This document shows, piece by piece, positions 54,641-64,000 of a DNA stretch of 64,000 nucleotides. This stretch comes from Chrysomallon squamiferum. Its lineage: Eukaryota; Animalia; Mollusca. Each line of letters opens with the position of its first letter. Position 1 is the stretch's first letter. The position numbers and the translations under genes were made by a program. Under the pieces are notes generated by a model. The model saw only the letters and a program-made list of their open reading frames with translations, was not told where the DNA came from and did no database searches. Location of the stretch: contig CM022677.1 in assembly GCA_012295275.1 (NCBI GenBank), positions 11,718,001 to 11,782,000 of the forward strand, read 5' to 3'.

Positions 54641-55494
54641 CATATCGACACAGAAGCCGACCACGTCAGACTACAACAATTCTTAAGTTGGAGAGTCTTA
54701 CATCAGGTCACCAATCTCAACATCAAATACCAGAAGACTTGAAAAACTTGAAAAACTTTAAAAAAGAAACCACTTGACAGACAACTGTGATGGCTGTGTG
54801 TGACAGTGGAAAAGACAAAAGACTGGAAGTTGAGCAGCAGGTGACTTAGTTTACTTCCATTAGCATTGTTTTATTTCTTTTTAGCTTATAGTTGTACTAG
54901 CAGTAATCAAAACAGTTTCGTTTTTAAATCATAAGAACTACATGGCTTAAGGAATGATGTTGCGGTATGTGTAAAATCATTTCATAATTTTGTTAAATGA
55001 AAAATTCTTCTTTTGCTTTAAAAATACAAATTCATGTCTCTATATTTAATTTTTAATTTTATTTTTAATATTTGCTTTATTTTATGTATTTATTTTTTAA
55101 AATACTGGCTTTCAAAATTTCTCTGCATGTGTATTTTTATTTCAGTTCACCAACTTATCAGATGAGGAATTTTACTTAAAGATGTGATTTATTTGTGATT
55201 TTAGATTAATGATTTATGCATTGAGATCTTTCAATGTGATAAACAATACTTCTGTGAAAAACGGTTATTAACTCAGTTAGAGTAGGTTCTTTGTTTTGGA
55301 CAGGGTGTATGGTTTTAGTTTTTATTAAATAAAGTAATAATTCTTCTTTTTCCTCATTTATGTTTAACTTACTATATTAGACAATCTTCACTCAGTTTAG
55401 TCAGAAAATAAAATAAGAAGCTTATGAAAAGCTGATGTTTTCCTATTTAAAAATCCATATTATAGATACAAATGTTAAAAAATCAATCAAACAA

Positions 55495-55528
<34 letters not shown>

Positions 55529-55705
55529 TACATGCACACACAAAATATATATTGTATGCCATATCCTCAGTCTTTCAGGAATTTTATGTTTCCTATTGAC
55601 AAAATGATGTCAGAACTAATAAAATGTATGCTTATTATTTTATAAACATACATTATTATTTTCAGTGTAATGTGACTTGAATGTTTTTACATTAGTTTTT
55701 GATTG

Positions 55706-55736
<31 letters not shown>

Positions 55737-56787
55737 TACAGTTTATTTTTGGTATTTTAACTAGACTACGTTCCTGACCTTCAAGATGGACAAATTAACT
55801 CAAGAGCACAGAAAAGAGAGTCCAGAAAGGTCATGGGACATTGCTGAAAAGAACATGGACCAAGAACTACATGGCTTAAGGAATGATGTTGAGGTATGTG
55901 TGAAATCAGTTCATAAACAAAAACAGATCTATGTTAATTTTGTTGAAGGTGTTTCTGAAAGAAAAATTCTACTTTAGCTTTAATTATGTGATTCAAATTC
56001 ATCTTAATTTCAGACTCATTTGTTATCTCTCTAGCTTTAGATTATCTTTCAGTAAATAATTTCAATTGATAACATCATTAGATCTCACTAAAAAAAAAAG
56101 GAACAAAAATTACAAAAGAAAAGATTTTAAAAAAATGTTAGATTTCAATTTTTAGTTTACTATAATTATATTGTTTCTTGCTGAATCATTTAATAACAAG
56201 GAAATGTCAGTATTTACTGAATGACATTTAGATCTTTCATCATGTATTTATAGGAACTGAAGAAACCAATATACTAAACTGTGGATTTAAACTGTTTATT
56301 TTCAGAAGTTAAATCAGCTTGTTAAGGATAAAAATATTCAAGAAATTGTTGATAAATACAAACTCAGATTGACATTTTGGAACAAAGAGCAGCTCAAGTC
56401 TCCAGTAGAGTTGAAGTATTTGGTGCTGTCCAGCAGGTATTTAAATACATTATTCATTGTAAACCTCTCCATTTTATTTCAGTTTTAAATATTTCTTCAG
56501 TCTTCCACAAAATTCTATGCAAAATAAATTCTCTATCTTTCCTCTATCTTTTTACTTCATTTTATTTACTTTTTTTATTTGTTTGATTTTTATTTATTTA
56601 TATATAAAAGTGGTAATAATTAATAAACCAGAGAATTCTACACTTAAAAGTCAATTAATTAAGATATTTTGTAAGAAAAAATTATAATGTAAATTATTTG
56701 TTGCTGAATTGAAAGCTGTTAAGAATGTATTCATATCTTTGTTGTCACTGATGTACTTAAATAAGGATGGCATTGTGTTTGTTGTTG

Positions 56788-56830
<43 letters not shown>

Positions 56831-58707
56831 CAAAATAATTGTTTAATTTCAGGAAACAGTCAATGTCTATGTGTGGATTGAATGCTGCTTTAAAAGTAGG
56901 TATTTTATTCATTCACTTTTGTGTTGTATAGCTCATTTTATTGACAACGAATTTAATCAGCCATAACATGGCTGATAATTTATTTTTATATACAGAATAG
57001 TATTGATAATTTTATATAGATGTTTCATAAAGGATCTTGATATTTTGAATGATATTTAGTTTAGATAGTAAGTGAATCAGTGTAATAATTTATACCAACA
57101 AACCTTGTAATAATTTGCACGACAGCCTAATAGAGTAGCGAACAGAACGTTTGTATAAATTTGTAATTTTCTGTTATAAATATCTCACCTCTAATCTGAA
57201 ATCCATACATTTAATACTCTATGTGGTAGGGATAATGATATTTATATTCTGAAATTTGGTATACAGATGTAATTTTGGTGGATTTGAAAGGTTGTACAGA
57301 TGCATAAATTGGCTTGAAAGATTTAGCTTCTTTTCTTATTTTATCACATGCATGTGTAATGTTGTCTTTGTTTTAAACACATTTTAAAACATACGTAACA
57401 GATTCATTATTGTAACTATTCACTGAATGCACAGGATAAATATTATTTATAAGACAAAATATATTATAATTAAATATTTTAATTAATCAAATAAATTGTT
57501 ATTAATGATATATTGATAATGATTGTTAAAGGTTAATTAAAGATTGTCAGAATAATCTCAAATTTTCATCATGTTACTATTTCAAGTAGAATCAATATTA
57601 GAAGACCATTTTCTTTCTGTCTAATGTAATAACTGTATAGGTTTAAAATGTTTATTTATTTAATAGCCCTGGCAGTCATCTTAAACTGGACTAAAGCACT
57701 TTATAAATATCAAACTTTACCAAGTTACAGAATTATTCAAATATATTAAAAACATTTTTTCATAATCTCTGACAACAAAAATACTACTAGCTCTTTATTT
57801 TATGTTTAGTTTATTGTATTTTGTTGTAGGATCCTATACTTAAGTCAAAAATTCAGAAAAGGTTAACTAAAGCACCAGAATGCTGTTACATCACAGTCTT
57901 CCCTGTCCAGAGAAAGCTCAACACTTTCAAGAGAAAATCTGTCTGAAATGTAATTTGTAACTCAGTGATCTCCAAGAGACTGCATTGTCAATGTGATCAG
58001 AACATCCAGTGTACACATTGTACTTCATAGCAGCTTGCACTGTTTTTATCATTGATGTGTTCTTGGTTATTCTAACTTTTCTCACTGAAAGAGGAATGGA
58101 GATTCATCACTGCTATGGAATGCCATCTTTGTAAATAAGTTAAAATTAATGTGGCAGTGCATAGAGGCGTTATTTTTTATTTTTATTTTTTTCTATTAGT
58201 TAATGTAAATATAAATGAAAATTATGTAATCAGGGGTAATTAGAATTTTTTGTACAAAAAAATAAAGTAAAAAGCCTCACCCCAAAATTTTTAGAAAACA
58301 AGAATCAAATTTTTTCTTTTTTTAAAACTTTCTTTGTCATATTATTTAAATCAAAGGAAAATCAAGGGTTTGCTGGGTGTACTCAGTGTAAATATAAATG
58401 AAGATTATTAATTAGGGGTAATTAGAATTTTTTTTTATAAAAACAAAAACAAACAAACAAAGCAAATAATATATGACGAAGCAACGCAGAATGTTACAAT
58501 TCAGTTAAATACATCTGTGAAATGTCATAATTTCTATAAATACATCACAGATGGTGTAACATTTCAGTTTCATTTAGTTAAATCTGTACCAATGATTTAT
58601 AAAAGATACTGAACTAAAGTGAGGCTATCTACACATCAGCTGACCAATGAGACTGGGAGACAGAATGAATATGTATGTTATGTAACAGTGGTGAAATTGA
58701 AGATGAG

Positions 58708-58768
<61 letters not shown>

Positions 58769-58810
58769 GTATTACCATTATTATTATTATTATTATTACT
58801 ATTATTATTA

Positions 58811-58868
<58 letters not shown>

Positions 58869-59063
58869 ACATTGCAAAACATTTTCTGTTCTCAGATATA
58901 AAAGATGCTCTTTGACCCCATCTTTCATTCATTCGCACACAAAACAATAGTTAATCACTGATATATCAAAAACGGGACTACACACTAAACTGGATAAGTA
59001 ACTTAAGATCTATAAACACGTGTTTCAAAAGCGGGTGTCAGAGATCATGTTTCTTCTTTTCTT

Positions 59064-59141
<78 letters not shown>

Positions 59142-59174
59142 ATAGCCATCTTATCTCTCATATTCATTCTATCA

Positions 59175-60885
59175 TCTCTCATGTATCCGATTGGTCCTGT
59201 GATGTAACACTGTCTATATTACATGTATCCGATTGGTCCTGTGATGTAACTCTGTGTCTATATTACACGATGTAACTCTGTCTATATTACATGTGTCCGA
59301 TTGGTCCTGTGATGTAACACTGTCTATATTACATGTGTCCGATTGGTCCTGTGATGTAACACTGTCTATATTACATGTGTCCGATTGGTCCTGTGATGTA
59401 ACACTGTCTATATTACATGTATCCGATTGGTCCTGTGATGTAACTCTATCTATATTACATGTGTCCGATTGGTCCTGTGATGTAACACTGTCTATATTAC
59501 ATGTGTCCGATTGGTCCTGTGATGTAACACTGTCTATATTACGTGTCCGATTGGTCCTGTGATGTAACTCTGTCTATATTACATGTGTCCGATTGGTCCT
59601 GTGATGTAACTCTGTCTATATTACATGTGTCCGATTGGTCCTGTGATGTAACACTGTCTATATTACATGTGTCCGATTGGTCCTGTGATGTAACACTGTC
59701 TATATTACATGTATCCGATTGGTCCTGTGATGTAACTCTGTCTATATTACATGTGTCCGATTGGTCCTGTGATGTAACACTGTCTATATTACATGTGTCC
59801 GATTGGTCCTGTGATGTAACACTGTCTATATTACATGTGTCCGATTGGTCCTGCGATGTAACTCTGTCTATATTACATGTGTCCGATTGGTCCTGTGATG
59901 TAACTCTATCTATATTACATGTGTCCGATTGGTCCTGTGATGTAACAAAGATGTAAAATTTGGAATCTATATTACATGTGTCCGATTGGTCCTGTGATGT
60001 AACACTGTCTATATTACATGTGTCCGATTGGTCCTGTGATGTAACTATCTATATTACATGTGTCCGACTGGTCCTGTGATGTAACACTATCTATATTACA
60101 TGTATCCGATTGGTCCTGTGATGTAACACTGTCTATATTACATGTATCCGATTGGTCCTGTGATGTAACACTGTCTATATTACATGTGTCCGATTAGTCC
60201 TGTGATGTAACACTGTCTATATTACATGTGTCCGATTGGTCCTGTGATGTAACTCTATCTATATTACATGTGTCCGATTGGTCCTGTGATGTAACTCTAT
60301 CTATATTACATGTGTCCGATTGGTCCTGTGATGTAACACTGTCTATATTATGTATCCGATGTGTCCGTCTATATTACATGTGTCCGATTGGTCCTGTGAT
60401 GTAACACTGTCTATATTACATGTGTCCGATTGGTCCTGTGATGTAACACTATCTATATTACATGTGTCCGATTGGTCCTGTGATGTAACACTGTCTATAT
60501 TACATGTATCCGATTGGTCCTGTGATGTAACACTGTCTATATTACATGTATCCGATTGGTCCTGTGATGTAACACTGTCTATATTACATGTGTCCGATTG
60601 GTCCTGTGATGTAACACTGTCTATATTACATGTGTCCGATTGGTCCTGTGATGTAACACTGTCTATATTACATGTATCCGATTGGTCCTGTGATGTAACT
60701 GTCTGTCTGTCTATATTACATGTGTCCGATTGGTCCTGTGGTCCGATTGGTCCTGTGATGTAACACTGTCTATATTACATGTTGTCCGACTGTCTATATT
60801 ACATGTGTTGCCAGAATGGTCCGATTGGTCCTATTGATGTAACACTGTCTATATTACATGTATCCGATTGTTCACATGATGTATC
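59175..60885. repeat. 42-bp minisatellite, roughly 40 copies
   Basis: Unit atgtgtccgattggtcctgtgatgtaacactgtctatattac. The LSILHVSDWSCDVT ORF repeats are a by-product of the unit length. Confidence 0.97.
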
Positions 60886-62265
60886 GTTATCCATGTTACA
60901 TATAACAGACTGGCTTGTAACAAACAAGAAGATGGAAAAGATCAAGTTCAGAAAACAGTCACAAAGAAATGAAACAACTGGAGTGTGTACTTGATCGACT
61001 GGAGAACGTTATCTCTTGTTGACGGAATGATTATACTGGAATTAATGATGGAAGTGAAATGAGTAAAGATGAATTCATTGACTGATCTGGCTTGAGAACA
61101 CATTTTTATACAAACAAAGGACCATAAGTCTGAAAAGCTTATAATTATTATGACTAAAAATAGTTGAGATTCAGTATTAATGACACAAATGAAGTCCAGT
61201 TTTAAAATGTTTACTGCTTATACAAAATGTTAAATACATTATAAAACATGTTGAAAGTTAAACATTGTGAGAAAAAAAATATATTTTAGTACATTTTTTA
61301 CTGTGGGTTAAAGTTAGGTGATTTAAATATACATTTATCCAAATATTTTTTCTTTAGTTTATTTGGCAACATTGTTAAGTGATAGGAAATGATTTGGTTA
61401 GATTTATTTCAAAACATCCTTAATTTTATCACACTGTTACGAGTAAGGTTTATGCCCAGGGTTAGCTTAATTAGCTGAAAAAGCTGCAAGACCTGGAAAA
61501 TCATATGAGGAGTTTTAGAAGTATGGTTAGCATTTTGGTTAGGTTTTGGTTAGGTTTAGGTTAGTCCAACTTTTGTGCAGATTTAAATGTCAGTTAACCT
61601 GAAGCGTGTCTTCATTCAGCACAAACTGACAATTTATAGCTTTTTGGTAAAAGTAAATCAGTTCTGAAAGAGAACGTCGTTTTAACAAAGGGAAATTATC
61701 TTATTCTTAAAGGTTTTAGTTTGTCTACAAATACAAAGTTTGCTGATGTGAAACTCTATTTCCAGATGTAATCAGCTGCAGAAACTGGTACATCTAAACA
61801 TTCTTTAAATTTCTGAGTTATACAAACATATACACATCTTATTTCTTTTTATTCATTCAAATTCAGACCATACTGTTAAATTGTGAAAGAGAACATTTTG
61901 TTTAATAATACAAGAATCATCTCTCACTTAGCAAAACAGCACTTTTAAAAATATATTTATAAAAAAAAAATTAGATCACTTTTCATGATGTTAGAGTGCC
62001 ACAAACAATTCAGTGTGATTCTAATTATGCATAATGAAGACACATATCACAAATAAGTTTTGCATATAATCAGCTAATAACAAATATTTTCAACACTTGT
62101 GAATTAAAAAAAGCCTAACAGCTGGTGTAATATCATGATGAAACAAATACAGCATTACCCCATTTAGTTAAAATCAAAGATGGTGAATATTAATAAGAAT
62201 TATTTTGTTAACAGTAGTAGTAGTAGTGGAAGTAATAATAGTATAATAATACTAATGACAATAAT

Positions 62266-62314
<49 letters not shown>

Positions 62315-63696
62315 GAAGTTGTAATAATAAAATTAACAATAATTATCTCAATAGTATTAGCATAATAATAATAATAAGAAGAAGAATAATAATAATAGTA
62401 ATAATAAAATAATAATAGAATTTTTACATTTCACCATTTGATATGAGACATTAACTTGAAAGAGTCTATTTTCTGTCATTATCATTACAGAAATGACTCA
62501 AATAATGTTCTTAAACACGTAATAAAAATATTCATACTGTATAATTAACCAATCCATTGAAAATATTATAATATAGGATGGTTTAAATATAAAATTACAG
62601 TAAGATATTTTTTTCATGTTCACTAAGAGTGAATTACAAAGTCAATAGTTTAAAAAAGATAAAAAGATACATCTGTTATCAATGATCAATACAGATAGTA
62701 AACTACTTTTGATTGGCTAATATGTCTGAGAAAATCATTTTCATTGGTTTAAAAACAGTTGTCATATATATTTTTATAGATAATATATAAATATCAAATG
62801 TGATATAAAACTGACATTTTAATTTTTATGTGATATTTTTCTTTGTCTGATGTCATGTTATAAAACAGGATTGTTCATTGGTTAAAGCTCAGATCTATTC
62901 TACTGTTTGACTGGCCAGAAGTTCTAATAAATAAATAATTTCATTGGTTAATTATTAAAGCCATTCCTATTTTCATTGGTCAGCTGACGATCCAATCACC
63001 TCTCAGGATTTCATTTATAATTAAAGAGTTTTTTCTGTGCACAGTTTTCACTGTTTGATTCAAGTGCTGAGTTTAAAATGTAAATCCACTAAAACATTAA
63101 CAAATATGTACAAAAATCTGGTAAGATGAACAATTCATTTTTTCTGAGACTGTTTCCTGTAATAAGATTTCACTGGCTAGTGTGTTGTACCACTGTGTTG
63201 TATTGTTTCTTCAGATGTAACCGGTGATCCTTTGACACTGATTCACACAAACATTTTCTTTAGATCATCAACAGTAATTTAAATGAAGTGTTTTCTGTAA
63301 TGTCTGTTTTGTTCATTTTGGTCACAGACGTTGGTCAAAATAAACACAAAGTTCTTTCACAATAATGTTTCATTTGCACATTTGTTGAATGGTCCAAGGT
63401 ATTGAATAATGTATGCCAATATTTCTCTGGCCTGAATTTTTCAAGAACAACACTGATTGGTTTTGATGGGTCATTTGTTACATTCATGATGATTGGTTTA
63501 TTACAGATCAGTGGCCAGTCTTTTATTACAGACACCATGACTGGCTATTTTTAACTCTCAGATCACCATGGTTACATGATTGGTAAATAACAAACTTTTT
63601 TACCAGTCTTTTCTTACAGACACAGTGACTGGATAACAGAACTCACAGAATTTTATTACAATCATAATGATTGGTTAATTTAAAATCCCAGATCTG

Positions 63697-63876
63697 CTAT
63701 AATGAAGTCTCATTGGTTGGTGGCCTAACAGTGTCTATCTCAAGCACTTCAATTCTTTGTTTGAGCAGTTTTATCTGTCTCTCGTAGCGATCTGTCATCC
63801 CCTGTAACTGAGTCTCAATTTCTTCAGCTTGCTCTGGTACATCTTCTTTGCTTTATCAAATGCTGATATCAAGGCA
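63697..63876 (-). pseudogene. MCC: MCC terminal coding exon, separate copy, with a 1-nt frameshift
   Basis: Acceptor tttctcttacag, then ALISAFDKAKKMYQSKLKK[frameshift ~63817]ETQLQGMTDRYERQIKLLKQRIEVLEIDTVRPPTNETSL*. This matches the recalled vertebrate MCC end (AYEKAKKKHQNKLKKLESQM..RHETQVRMLKQRI..RPHTNETSL), including the PDZ-binding ETSL. Confidence 0.9.
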
Positions 63877-64000
63877 CTGTAAGAGAAAAAAAAAAATAAA
63901 AAAAATAAATATATAAATAAATAAATTAATAAAATAAAATAAAAGATTATTATTTAAAATTAGTTTATAGTATTAAGGCACTATGGGGGAAAACAAAGGA

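Larger units (their letters stand above)
49782..58135 (+). pseudogene. Degenerate multi-exon gene relic ('gene X', piece C), possibly BACK-domain related
   Basis: Candidate first exon aaaATGGCAGAAATTACTGGAACAATA|gtaagt (49782-49805). Exon-like blocks at 50557-50694, 55765-55893 (SWDIAEKNMDQELHGLRNDVE), 56306-56436 (KLNQLVKDKNIQEIVD..DILEQRA..VSSRVEVFGAVQQ), 56853-56896 and 57830-58130. Shares sequence with pieces A and B. That all blocks belong to one gene is not established. Confidence 0.3.

Noticed and set aside
54221-54664. 147-aa repeat ORF, or ankyrin-like NKYGYT in another frame
   Set aside because: The period of ~21 aa does not fit the 33-aa ankyrin repeat, and that frame has stops. 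A diverged DNA tandem repeat explains it.
58619-58950. Poly-L/I/N ORFs, also at 17782-18481, 22056-22378, 44556-45104 and 62180-62365
   Set aside because: These are translations of TAA, GA, CA or TCTA microsatellites and low-complexity DNA.
59175-60885. CRISPR array or repeat-protein ORFs (LSILHVSDWSCDVT)n
   Set aside because: The units are contiguous with no unique spacers, there are no cas genes and the context is eukaryotic. The ORFs arise because 42 is a multiple of 3.

Overview
AT-rich, microsatellite-laden animal genomic DNA. Spliceosomal introns, MCC and P4HA homologues and TTAGGG-like repeats suggest an invertebrate, possibly a mollusc; this is inference only. There is a 200-N assembly gap at 39350-39549. 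The window looks like a segmental-duplication graveyard, and most recognisable genes are disrupted. It contains: (1) a 10-exon minus-strand MCC (mutated in colorectal cancer) relic at 28.4-34.9 kb, plus a separate MCC terminal exon ending in NETSL* at 63.7-63.9 kb; (2) an intronless prolyl 4-hydroxylase alpha gene at 37.1-38.6 kb with a late frameshift, plus a second fragmentary copy at 1-270; (3) a two-exon, signal-peptide-bearing LigB/Memo-like dioxygenase-fold gene at 40.8-41.8 kb; (4) an unidentified multi-exon relic, possibly BTB/BACK-like, present as three scrambled or inverted pieces; (5) a Ty3/Gypsy pol relic, an RNase H-bearing LINE plus a second fragment, a TIR-bounded MULE relic and MITE/foldback-like elements; (6) several minisatellites. 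No CRISPR array or structured RNA gene was recognised. All alignments and translations were done by eye.
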